This document shows positions 31,171 through 42,400 of a DNA stretch of 64,000 bases, in pieces. The stretch is from contig JBEUKZ010000132.1 in the NCBI GenBank assembly GCA_048128005.1, positions 124,001 through 188,000 of the forward strand, given 5' to 3'. How positions within the stretch are numbered: position 1 is the first letter of the stretch; each line of letters starts with the position of its first letter. The DNA is from Veleropilina oligotropha (taxonomy: Eukaryota). Position numbers and translations under genes: made by a program. Below the pieces are notes generated by a model. The model was not told the DNA's origin. It searched no databases and saw only the letters and a program-made list of their open reading frames with translations.

Positions 31171-33690
31171 TTAATCACTGAGTATATTTGCCAGCGACAT
31201 TCTACGTGGATTATTTCTGGCAAAGTTGTTTATGATTGTGTCTATATCGACGTTTTTGTTATAGTGTACGTGCATTTGTACCAATCCATTTAGTCGATCT
31301 TCGACCATCGTGCTTCGCATATATGTCTTGAGTCTCTTGAGACTGCTGAAGCTACGTTCGCATTCGGCACTGCTGACAGCAAACGTGCACAAAATACGCA
31401 TCATAACATGCACGTTTGGAAAGAAGCTAGCGTCCGCTGCCTTTAGTGTGGAGACCGCATCTTGAGGGAGATCATCATGTTTGTCAGCATCTTTCCACCG
31501 CCGCACCCAACAGTGTAATTCAGCAGAAATGTTTTGTGGACTCGGCAAGTCATCTTTGTACTGTTCTGCAAATTCTTCCACATTTTTTATGACTTCTTGC
31601 AAGGATAAATCCTGGATGACAGCTGGCACCAAGAAGAATGCACGTGTCACATTAACTTGTTGTTCTCCAAATCTGTCTTGCAATGATGCGATGAGTTGGT
31701 CAACAACAGGGATAGTTAGATTAATTTTGTAATGCTCTTCGATGTCAATTGTTGGAGCATTAGCGCGATTTCTCTGACGTCCACAGACACGTGGTCGGGA
31801 TGGTTCGACGCCTACCGTTTGGGCCATGGTGGTAATTCCTTGGAATAGCGTGTGGTGGAAGTCGTCGATCTTACCCCTGATGTCAACGAGTGCAGCAATT
31901 ACATGCTTTATTTGCTTGTTTGCCTTAACTATGTCCATTATACGAGACTGAAGGCTCACGCTTATCGGTTGAACATATGCAATCACATCCCTGGTTGTCT
32001 TCAGGGCAGCTATAAATTGGAATTGTGTGATGGCTGTGAGTAGACCTTGTGCGTCTGAGATACTAGGCCTGTTCCACTCCTGGGCGTGTGTACTGATGTC
32101 TTGCAAAGAATTCACAATAGCCTCGTGAAGGTCGATGAAAACATTAAAGGCATCATGCCTGGCAACCCACCTCGATTTACATAGCTCCTTAAGTGTTTTC
32201 TTTTCGGCTTCTCCATGATATGTTTCATCTATCCATGTTTCTAAATTGTGCTGACGTTTGGGAGAGTTCTTGTAGAATCGCATTAACTTGTCTCCAGTAT
32301 CCATCATGTTACGGACATCTGATATGGTCATCGTTTTTACAACTGCTAGGTTAAGCTTGTGACTGAAACAGTGCGTGTATATAGCTTTTGGATATTGTCG
32401 CTGTATGCGTGAAGCAGTTCCGCGCTGAGATCCGGCCATGCTTCCTGCCCCATCGTAGGTTTGGCCTGGACACTTTTCCATTGGTAGGTTCCAGTCTTCT
32501 GTTATCTTTTTGATTATTATATCCGCAAGATTTTCTCCTGTAGTACTGTGACAAACGACAAACTCCATGAATTCCTCTCTGATATTGCTATGTTCATCAC
32601 AGAAACGTAAGACCAGAGTTAACTGCTCATGGTTGGCATTATCGGTTGGCTCATCCGCTGAAATTGTATACCAGCCCGAAAGTCGAACCTCCGCTAAAAT
32701 CTGATCCCTTATAAAATTGCCACACAGAGAAATGAGCTGATTTTGAGTAGTCTTCGATCTATATGTGGCTCGGTTTGATGCAGTCGAAAAATGGTCTTGG
32801 AGGATTTTATCTCCAGAATCCACTCTGAAATCGAGCAACGCTTGAAAATTGCCTGGATTTCCTTCAGGGTCATATATGTGCCGTTTGTCATCACGATGCC
32901 CCCTCAGAGCAATATTTTGTCTTCCACAAAACAAAATAGCTTTAATGATAGATCGGAGTTTTGCCCTGTTGGCTTGTACTTTCTTTTGAACAGCTGTGTT
33001 CACTTGTATGTTCACTGACTCTTGTTTGCCCGATATTACCCGTTTAAACTCCATTCCCCTCACAACAGCTTTCACGTGGAATTGATTTCCTCTCCCGTCT
33101 TTCCCTTCAAAGTGTTTCCCAAGTACTGATGCAGACTTGTGATAGTTTTCGACGTATGCACGCTCCACAAGCACGCCGGCCCCTTCATGTTGACCAAACA
33201 GGGCACAATATATGCAAATACCCCCTTGGAGCTGCGGGGAATAAACTAGCCCAGGATATTTGGTTAACCATTGTTTTTGGAATGTGCGAGAGCGACCATG
33301 CTGTTTATTAACTGGGCAAACTGTGTGCTCATCAGGGACAACATGGTTGGTTAATAGTTGATACTTATCACTGTCCGATATTGCAGATGGCATGTTATTT
33401 ACGCATGAGAGGAACGACCCAATGTCGTGCTGATCACTAATTTCATGTTCTCGCGGAGGACACGAATAAACAGTCGGCGAACACGAAGCAGCAGTCGGAA
33501 GACACAAAGCAGCAGTCGGAGGGCACTTCGAAGCTGTCGGCAAACACGAATCAGTCGGCGAACTTGAAGCAGTCGGCGGACACGAATCAGTCGGCAAACA
33601 CGAATCAGTCGGCGAACTTGAAGCAGTCGGCGGACACGAAGCAGCTATAGGGACCCTATAAATTAATATTGACAATTCATTGGGTGGCAA
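31171..33690 (-). CDS. hAT transposase (P52rIPK/THAP12/ZMYM1-like group); 5' end probably spliced
   Basis: TTF-type zinc-finger region (FQKQW..YPGLVYS...CIYC), RQNIALRGH, GNFQALL, Y.SKTTQNQLI, catalytic ISADE, QTYDGA, HCFSHKLNL, SRW, C-terminal dimerisation SSAECERSFSSLKRLKTYMRSTM...RLNGL; 839 codons without a stop. Confidence 0.93.
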   Translation of the reverse strand: MPPNELSILIYRVPIAASCPPTASSSPTDSCLPTDSCPPTASSSPTDSCLPTASKCPPTAALCLPTAASCSPTVYSCPPREHEISDQHDIGSFLSCVNNMPSAISDSDKYQLLTNHVVPDEHTVCPVNKQHGRSRTFQKQWLTKYPGLVYSPQLQGGICIYCALFGQHEGAGVLVERAYVENYHKSASVLGKHFEGKDGRGNQFHVKAVVRGMEFKRVISGKQESVNIQVNTAVQKKVQANRAKLRSIIKAILFCGRQNIALRGHRDDKRHIYDPEGNPGNFQALLDFRVDSGDKILQDHFSTASNRATYRSKTTQNQLISLCGNFIRDQILAEVRLSGWYTISADEPTDNANHEQLTLVLRFCDEHSNIREEFMEFVVCHSTTGENLADIIIKKITEDWNLPMEKCPGQTYDGAGSMAGSQRGTASRIQRQYPKAIYTHCFSHKLNLAVVKTMTISDVRNMMDTGDKLMRFYKNSPKRQHNLETWIDETYHGEAEKKTLKELCKSRWVARHDAFNVFIDLHEAIVNSLQDISTHAQEWNRPSISDAQGLLTAITQFQFIAALKTTRDVIAYVQPISVSLQSRIMDIVKANKQIKHVIAALVDIRGKIDDFHHTLFQGITTMAQTVGVEPSRPRVCGRQRNRANAPTIDIEEHYKINLTIPVVDQLIASLQDRFGEQQVNVTRAFFLVPAVIQDLSLQEVIKNVEEFAEQYKDDLPSPQNISAELHCWVRRWKDADKHDDLPQDAVSTLKAADASFFPNVHVMMRILCTFAVSSAECERSFSSLKRLKTYMRSTMVEDRLNGLVQMHVHYNKNVDIDTIINNFARNNPRRMSLANILSD
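33470..33645 (-). repeat. 18/21-bp coding minisatellite in the transposase N-terminus (SCPPTA/SSSPTD units)
   Basis: Repeated CAGTCGGCG(A/G)ACACGAA units; frame-preserving. Confidence 0.85.
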
Positions 33691-34561
33691 AAAAACAATG
33701 ACATATCACGAATGTATACACAAAGAGAATATGGCGATCGATTTAATTAAAAATACCATTGATTTCGCAATGGAAGTATTTACCTCATCATCGTAACTGG
33801 TGAAATTTCGAATGGAGTACTCTTAATGCTTGAGTACATTGACACTAACAAGTAGGCCTAATATATTATTTAATATTTCAATTATTAAACATAATACTTA
33901 TTAACAACAGACTCAGTACTTAAATATGCCATATTTTAACACAAGTCAAATACCTGGAAATTCTGTTTTTGGGCACCTTTGCATTCAGAAAACTGGCCAG
34001 TGTTGTTTGTATCCTTTTACGTGACATGATTGTGAATGTGTCCTGATGAGACTAAATAATTTGACAGTATCAATGCTATTAAATATCCGAATTTCAGAAA
34101 AAACATCGCGCTATATTTAGGACAGCACTGCCACAGATCTCTCAATCTTGTTATAAATATAGCTCTGACTCACAACCATGATGACAATCATGTTTGTTGT
34201 TGGAAATATTCAGCGGTATATTTAGAACAGGCAGTACTGTTCGGCTCCAGCCTCCTGGCACGGTAACAGCAACAAAATTATGGGGTGCCGAATGGGTCAT
34301 TGTGTAACTTGTGTAATACATTACATCATGACATGTCATCAGTGGCAATTAATACTTAAACTATATACAATTATGTACATAACACATTTAACTGGAGACT
34401 TTTTTACATTTATTTATATTATGATTTATTGTTTGTTTTTACTTGTTTGAGTTTTACATTTATTTATATTATGATTTTTTTTGCTATGGACGGGGGGGGG
34501 ATCCAGGACCCACCCTGCAGAGCCTTGGGGGGTCCAGGGACCCCCCCTGGATCCGCCCCAG

Positions 34562-35873
34562 GTAAGCATCTTTCCAACAGTCAGGGAAGTCCTCCTCATA
34601 AATAGATTTTGTAAATAAAATTTCTAATGGTCTAGAGATCGATGATATCACTGGCTTGATCATTTTGTGCGTAATCAAGTCTGGCCCAGCCGATTTATTT
34701 ACCGGAAGGACTGCTATTATATCTACGATATCTTGTCGGCTTATTTGCACGGTATTTAGTCGGTTATTAGTATGGTACGTCAGAGTGGGAAGAGTTGTTT
34801 GTGAGTCGTCTACGTTCGATATTTCAGTAAAGTCGTCATTAAAGCAATTTGCTTTTTCCCGGTCAGTAAATGCGATTTCATTTTCGCGTGTCAGGGGAGG
34901 TATTGTTTTCCTGGCTTCCTTTCACTGTTAATTTTATAATTTTCCAGAAAGTCAGGGTCATTTCTTGTATCGTTGTTAAGTATTTTAGTAATGTAATTAT
35001 CATGATTGACCTTATTGAATTTTATATTATTTACTTTATTTCTCAGTTTGCTATACGTAGCCCAGTCATGTTCCTTTCCTGTTTTTATTGCCCGACGTCG
35101 GGTTCTATCTAGTTTCTTTGAAGCCTTTCTGATATCTGAGTTGTACCACGGTTTGTCGTTTGGTCTGATAACCACGGACTTTGTTGGTATGCACTTATTG
35201 GCTATTTAAAAAAGTGCATCGTTTATTTTCAGGCCACTCAGCAGTACATCCCAGTATATATTATTAATTACTTCGTTAAATAAAAACATGTTTGCTTCCT
35301 TGTAGACCCGAATTGTTTAGTATATGAATTCTGTCTGGGATTTCCACATTGGATAATAGCACTTGTGGCATAATGGTCGCTGTAATTTAGCTTTATGATA
35401 TCAGCGTCCAATATTGGGAATTCGTCGTTTATAATAATAGGGTCAATTAATTTTGCCGTAGTATCGTTTACTCGAGTGGGTTCGGTAATTACATTTTTTA
35501 GGTTGAAAATGTTTAACAAATCGTTTAGTCTTGTATTATTCGAGTTTAGCAAGTCTTCGTTTATATCACCAACGATCATAATATGTTTGGATGAGTCCAT
35601 TGCTTTGGAGATCATATCCTCCCAATATTAACCAAAAATATAAAGGACTGTTTGGAGGGCCATAAACGACACTAAGAATTAAGTTATACGTTTAAGATTT
35701 AGTTCTAACCAGAAGATTTCAGCATCTGTAGTTTCTAGGTAACGTCTACGTTTATATTTTAGGCTATTTTTTATATAAATAACAACGCCACCACCGTGTC
35801 TGTTTCTATCTCTTCTCTCTTGATCATAGTAGTCGTCGATAATTATATTGTTAGTTAAAATGTCTTCACTCAA
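34562..35873 (-). mobile_element. Decayed CR1/L2-group LINE, 5' part (APE endonuclease, linker, RT start); same copy as 13096-15071
   Basis: RRDRNRHGGGVVIYIK, IVGDIN, NVITEPTR, LIDPII, SDH, KPWYN, KSAGPDLI, FPDCWKDAY; frameshifted. Confidence 0.88.
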
Positions 35874-36486
35874 TAGGACTTATGTCATTGCAAATAAAAA
35901 TCGCACAAGAGTAAAAACATGTATTTTACGGCAGTTTTGATAATCAAATAAGTACATTACACATACATGCATTTCCTTTAGCATTCATAAGTATACTATT
36001 CTATGCTGATAAACTTCACACAAATTTCTATGAACTCAGGGAATTTTCCTGCCACGATTTTGTTTTCACACGAGCTTCACCAACCAATCAATCAATCACT
36101 GTTATGACGGCATACTGGCGATTACCTAATTATAGACTTTCCTCACCACATTCGATGGCCGTGACATGTATTTAATTATAAAGAACATCTAAACATTTTT
36201 TTTCGATGACAAATTTTTCAGAAAGTGTTTATTTGAATATTAGATAACCTAAAATGATGGAATGACTAATTTTATGTCCCACTGCCGTATTTGACCTTTA
36301 AAGTAAATTTCAATTCAGTTAAATCATTTTATTAATATCTATATTTTAAATTGTATGTAATGCAACGCTAATCTGATTTAGAAGTTTATGTTTTATTAAT
36401 AGAAAATATATTTTATTTGCTAAACTGTAAATGTAATCTGCAACATATGAATATTTCATTAAATTTGTATTTTCTTGTTGTTTAGT

Positions 36487-36745
36487 CCCCTTCGACAGTC
36501 ATGAGGTTTCGGTTGTGAACTCCGAAAAATAACTGGCTTGATTCCGTTGACACGAACAGTAGCGGGATCAACCCTTGGCAGGGAAATCACACATTTGTTC
36601 AAGTTATGATCCACAGTGTCTGTAACTGGTCGGAGAGGGCGGGTTTTCCCGGGTGACCGGGCTTTCTTCCAGCGATAATAGTATATATGGACATGTCCTA
36701 CTTGAACAAAATGATGGTTGAAACTATACAGGACATTAAACATCG
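36487..36745 (+). mobile_element. tRNA-derived SINE family A, diverged copy
   Basis: Reverse complement of the copies at 40108, 42155, 56418 and 58069. Confidence 0.75.
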
Positions 36746-37209
36746 ATCGTTTCCTTTCTTTTCCTGTTGTTCAATAACTAGAATATAATCTTATCATATA
36801 TGGCAGAAAGTTACAGGAGATTATATTCAATTCAGCCCATGGATACAAATAATCGTCACCACTCCGGAATATATTTATGTAATCACCTCAAACAGCAAAG
36901 TGAGTACCTTCTCCCAAGTTTTATCATATGGGAATATGGACTCCAGACACAGATACTCGAACCAGCAGTCGTTGTATATAATAATTACTTGTAAAACCCA
37001 GCGATGATATCTCCATATGTTAGATATCGTTTTGGATGGCAGTGTATTATCTATTATACTATATAAAACGGCTGACGCTGCATTTTATTGATTGGTTGGA
37101 GTTGCACGTCAATCAAATCACATTATCTTTATTTTCGCGTGAATCCACTGTTCTTATTGGATGATGAAAGTTAGGAAAACGCTTATACTCAGCTTGAACA
37201 ACGTTATTT

Positions 37210-37450
37210 TGTCCATCCGGTAGATGGTTGGTCGGTTCGAAAATTTGTTTTACGACCACTTTGGCAATTTTTCAAACGTAACGCGGTCGAGACACCAGGT
37301 TTAGGTCTCATTCCAATCTGACTGACATACATTACGGATATACCATCTATTATTTTAAGAGGTAGGATAAGCCGCCGGCTGGCTTCGAACCCGGGCCCTT
37401 CTGGATATCTCGGTTGAGTGTCTGACGCGCTATCCACTCACCCACCGAAA
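37210..37450 (-). mobile_element. tRNA-derived SINE family B (related inverted copy at ~37768-37925)
   Basis: Head TTCGGTGGGTGAGTGGATAGCGCGTCAGACACTCAACCGAGA...GGGTTCGAAGCC (A/B-box-like), repeated on the + strand at 37770. Confidence 0.6.
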
Positions 37451-38187
37451 CAGTTTTCATCCGATAGACAAAATTTAATATCATTATACCCATCGCAACG
37501 AAGATAGGAGAATAATCGGCCCTTGCCATAAAAGCATTTGGTATAGCTCTGGGTGTTTTTGTCCAGCGAGGATTAGTTAAACGTCGCAACTATCTTTCAG
37601 TATACAGTATTTGACTTGAATGGCTCAGAGTAATATAATCGGGGAGGCATTCCGTACGCCTCCAGGTCGTGAATAATAATGATGTAAGCGCGTTCAGCAT
37701 GCATTCATGCATGGAAAACCACAAGATAAATCTTCCACATTATTATACGAACTACCGCCCTGTTCAACCGCTTCGGTGGGCGAGGAGATAGCGCGTCAGA
37801 CACTCAACCGAGACAGCCGGGAGGGCCTGGCAGTTAGATCGGAGAGACATCTTAAACCGGGTGTTTAGACTGCGTTATTGCCAAAAGTGGTCGTGAACAA
37901 AGTTACCAACCACCCTGTTCAGACTGACAATTATAATTTTTATTATATGCCAGTCATTTTCTGACGCTTATTCTAGCGCAGTCTTCCGAGACCCTGTATC
38001 ACGGACACAGCTGATATCGTTTCAGAAAACGTCTCCTGCTTATATATTCAAAATGGCTGACAAATCGTAGGGACTACTTCCAATATAGTCCTATACTATT
38101 TCAACCTCCCTTACAGATTCGTGACTAAAATTACCATAATCTTTCGATTCAATTTAATAAGAAACTTGTTGTGGCATATAATAAAAA

Positions 38188-38357
38188 TGTTATCAGTTAT
38201 TGTGGGGATTTCTGGCACATCGGAAACCTCTCGTGACGTCGTAGTTTTTGCGGCGGATAAATCGCTCGAACTTCTTTCTCGCGATTAATCAGCGGCAAAA
38301 AACTACGACGTCACTCCAGGTTTCCGATGTGCCAGAATCCACACAATACTGATAACA
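38188..38357. repeat. ~170-bp quasi-palindrome (foldback MITE)
   Basis: Arms TGTTATCAGT..TGGCACATCGGAAACC..GTGACGTCGTAGTTTTTG and CAAAAAACTACGACGTCAC..GGTTTCCGATGTGCCA..ACTGATAACA. Confidence 0.8.
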
Positions 38358-40107
38358 TCATTATATCATGCAGTGCTAGCTGTCGACTGCTGATCGTATT
38401 CATATTGACACCTTGCATTCATTCACCTGCTTCGAGTGCTTCACATACCACGCGAGTTAGGCAAACTTCTGCCTATGATAATACGGTTTGATTGCTCTGC
38501 CAAAACTATCACTGTGGCTGTATAGCTAATGTACAACCCTGCAACCAATATATTCCGTCTCGACAGTCACCATTAATGTCACTGCATACCTTCATCAACT
38601 TATTCCAATCTACTCGCAATGCATAAAGTAATATCTTTTCATTACGTGCTGACTATGCACGTTACTTGTTTCAGAGATCGGAATTCAACTTTGAAGACAT
38701 CTCGATATATATAATAGTAAAGCATTATTGGGTAAAATACCTTCTTAATAACTTTGATTATGTTATTAAGAGTGAACAGAAATCAACACACATCATGAAT
38801 CCTGCTTCTCCTTAGCTGACAAGATTTGGCAGTTTTCTTAAAAAAAATTACGATGAATATAAACGTTGATTATACGCTTGTAATAAAAGTTTTAAGTACA
38901 TCACAGTTGTGTCCATCGCATTCCATTCTGTATTTTATCCTCTTTACCTGTGCTACAAATGAACTGCAAACAAGTTAGAATGTGGACAACTTTCTTGTTT
39001 GAATTTAACACTATAACGTTGGCAAACAAAAGTTATCAGAAGACATATCCCCCCGGTTGAACGTTAATTTTAACACTACATTCCTGCTTTTACGTTGAAG
39101 CAAGAAGACAGAGCCATCAATATCCCCATCACTTTATGACATACAATCCATAAAACTTCTTTTAACGAATTTAAGGCAAGGGAAATAACTCGGTTAATAT
39201 TCGTCGCACAACTGTTGTACGTCGAAATTAGCAAAAGGCATCAGTTAACCAACTACCCAATACAAATTCATAAATATATGCTAAGCGGTTTATAAGATAC
39301 GCCCCCAAAAGAAAACATTGACGAATTTACAACAAGGGCAATAACTCTGTTATTAATCGGCGCCCAAAATCGAAATTAGTAAAAGGCACTAGTTCACCGA
39401 CTACTTGATACACCCAGCAAGTTTCGTAAAGTTATGTCGAGCGGTGTAAGAGATATGCTTCAGAAACGATATCGATTATACCCGGGGGGTAGGTGGACAC
39501 TGTCTGCTGTAAAAGGCTGGTGTCATTTTTTCATTTATATACCCCTCATGGAATAATTATAGGTTGGCCAGCTTTCTGGAAAATCCACAGAGACTATTTA
39601 AAAGGCTGATTTATTATTTTACCCCAGCTGTAAAAGATGCACCAGTCAAACGGGAGTGTACTAGCAATAATAGGATAATTTCATTAAACGAATGTTATAA
39701 ACAATGGACATCATGCTTATTATTATTAAGGACACATATAATTATCAACTGAAGCATTGCATTTCAATACATATTATAAAATAATTACGTACACACCATA
39801 ATTGACTATATTGAATAACAGTATTCAGAGCATGCATTATTAAGCCAAAATTGGTGACACCAATACATATTGATAGGACTGCGTATTTTTGTCATTGACC
39901 AAAAGGCTAGCGCATGGTATTAGTTATAACGTCATGTTTATTACATGGCAGGTCAATATAAAGAATCCGTTGATCTGGAAGTCAATATATCGAATCTGGT
40001 GACCTGTTCAGCTTTCATAGGGTAATAGTACATCTTCTTTGATCTGTGTTAAACATACCAGTACTGCCTGATTATTGTTGTGTATAGTAAACATGATTGG
40101 AGTAGAG

Positions 40108-40364
40108 GGAGGAATGATGCTTAATATCCTGTATATTTACAACATCGAGGTTCAAGGCAGGACATGTCTGTGTTATCGCGGGAGGAAACCCCGGTCGCCC
40201 GGGTAAACCCGCCCTCTTCGGCCAGTCACGGACAACTGTGATTCATAACTTGAACAAATTTCAATGCCTCAGCCAGGTATTGAACCCACTACTGTTCGCA
40301 TTAGCGGAATCAAGCCAGTGAATTTAGAGTGGACACTCTTACCCACTGAGCTGCCGAAGCGGCC
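40108..40364 (-). mobile_element. tRNA-derived SINE family A, full length
   Basis: Minus-strand head GGCCGCTTCGGCAGCTCAGTGG (A box)...GGGTTCAATACC (B box); TSD GATTGGA(G/A)TAGAG on both sides. Confidence 0.85.
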
Positions 40365-42154
40365 GATTGGAATAGAGAATAGTTCAAGTCATCATCATGT
40401 CGAAGAAAATGGCAGGTATCCAAGCACCGCTGAGGGCGCCCACCTCACAATGCCACCAACCGCCTCCGTCCCCAGCCTCTTTTCAACCACTAACTCGTCA
40501 ATCTGTCCCACAAAGACATGCCACTCCTCTGCATCCTCTATCAGTGGAACATCACTCCTGCACAGGAACGTCCCACTCTCTGCTTGCACCCCACTACACC
40601 CCTTGTGGGCTCACTTTCCGTATGTCGTACACTTTACCGAGTTGACGGCTACCCCCTTGCGCACATTTCACATGGTATGCACCGGACCCGATAACACCCC
40701 GCTGGCATAACAGCGGAGTGTTATCGGAGTCCGGAGCATGGCCATGTGACGCAATAAAGGTATATAGCAATAAAGTTATTGACACTTTAATTGACTTAGA
40801 CATCATGCGTGAAGCCCCAGCCACACCGGCCAAGGGACCAGGCTACAGCCTATTTGCGACAGAAAAATGTTGGAGATCCTAGAAACAACGCTACTGGTCA
40901 CAGAGGTCGTGGGTGATCGCAAGAACAAAATCAGTCAAGACAAAGCCGATGATCATGTTCTGATCTGATCTTTCAAATCGCAAGAGGTCGAAGACAGACA
41001 GACCACTGTCGACCAGTCTTGAATGGTTGCATGCACCACCTGTCGTCTATGATCGCGGGTTAAGCAGTGTCAAGATTGGTCGTGCAAATGTACGTGCCAC
41101 TGACGATTGGTGGGTTCACGATCGGTAGTGCAACCAGTCACGACCTGTCCCGATTGGTATATGTGTCTGATTGTCATTATAATATAGCTTTTTTCGTTTT
41201 CCGAACGGGCGACACGAATGGGGGGGGGGGGGTATTAATGGGTGTATTACTCCTTTAAAAGTTGGGATAATGTGCCCTTGCATTGATCAGACTTAAGAGA
41301 TAATATCGTAGTAAGAGCAGTAAATAAACTTCTGCAATGCGTTTACAGTGCTGTTGGTTGGAGATACCATATAACCTGAATATGGGTGCGCTGGCTTTGT
41401 TTCCAATGCTCTGGCCTTGAATTCTCTGACTGAATTTGAAACTTGGTTTGTGATCGTATCTGGCAAAACAAAAATGCTTCCGATGTTAGGTTTGAAACGA
41501 TACTAAATATCTCATTTTTTAGTCTAAACAGATGTACATTATTGCGAAGCAATATGGTGAAATGCACCATTTTCATGTATTTTGGCAGCCATTTTGATTT
41601 CTGGCAGCCATGTTTGATTTTTCGTTTTAATAAAAAGGCTTGCAGAGTTAGTAGTGTACACAAGCTAACCTTATTTTATAAGCAAAAACGTAAATAACCG
41701 CTCATTATTGTTAACAAATATAGTAAAATACCGTATATCAAGTAATATGGTGCAATACACCATTGTCATGTATTATGGAAAATCATTTTGCTGTTTTGGC
41801 AGCCATGTTGGATTTTTTGTTTGGATAAAGCTTACAGAGTTGGTAGTGTAGATTAAACCTTATTTTAAGAGGAAAAAATTATTTACTGTGCATTATTGTT
41901 AACAAATATAGTTAATTATTCCATTTCTGATGGTTTGGGTGGCCATCTTGGATTTTTGGGTGCCATATTTGATTTTCAGACTGAGGCTCATGCCCATTTC
42001 TGCCAAATTAGGTGCTTTTACCATAAAACCCACAATTGTTTCACCATTCTGCTGCACTAATAAGACAAAGCCTATCATTTTTTGGTGAAATTACAGAGTT
42101 GGGGTAAGATCATAAATCACTTCCAAAAAGAGTCCCTGTGGATTTTCCAGAAGG

Positions 42155-42400
42155 GAGGGAGGAATGATGCTTAATGTCCTGTATATTTACAACATCGAGG
42201 TTCAAGGCAGGACATGTTCGTGTTATCGCGCGAGGAAACCCCGGTCGCCCGGGTAAACCCGCCCTCTTCGGCCAGTCGCGGACAACTGTGATTCATAACT
42301 TGAACAAATGTCAATGCCTCAGCCAGGTATTGAACCCACTACTGTTCGCATTAGCGGAATCAAGCCCGTGAATTTAGAGTGGACACTCTTACTAGCGGCC
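42155..42400 (-). mobile_element. tRNA-derived SINE family A with a small A-box deletion
   Basis: Near-identical to the 40108 copy; TSD TTTTCCAGAAGG at 42143 and 42401. Confidence 0.85.

Larger units (their letters stand above)
15072..34561 (-). mobile_element. hAT-superfamily DNA transposon (~4.2 kb without the nested virus); 16-bp TIR CTGGGGCGGATCCAGG, 5-bp TSD GTAAG
   Basis: TIRs at 15072-15087 and 34546-34561 are perfect inverted copies. GTAAG at 15067-15071 and 34562-34566. Removing the element plus one TSD restores the LINE frame ...CWKDAY|VTPIFKKG... Confidence 0.92.

Noticed and set aside
40108..40364. tRNA gene
   Set aside because: A/B boxes are present but there is no cloverleaf; multiple copies with TSDs indicate a SINE.
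40381..40790. GC-richer patch with short ORFs and a hairpin (40677-40740)
   Set aside because: Probably a retroelement remnant, but no diagnostic motif was recognised.
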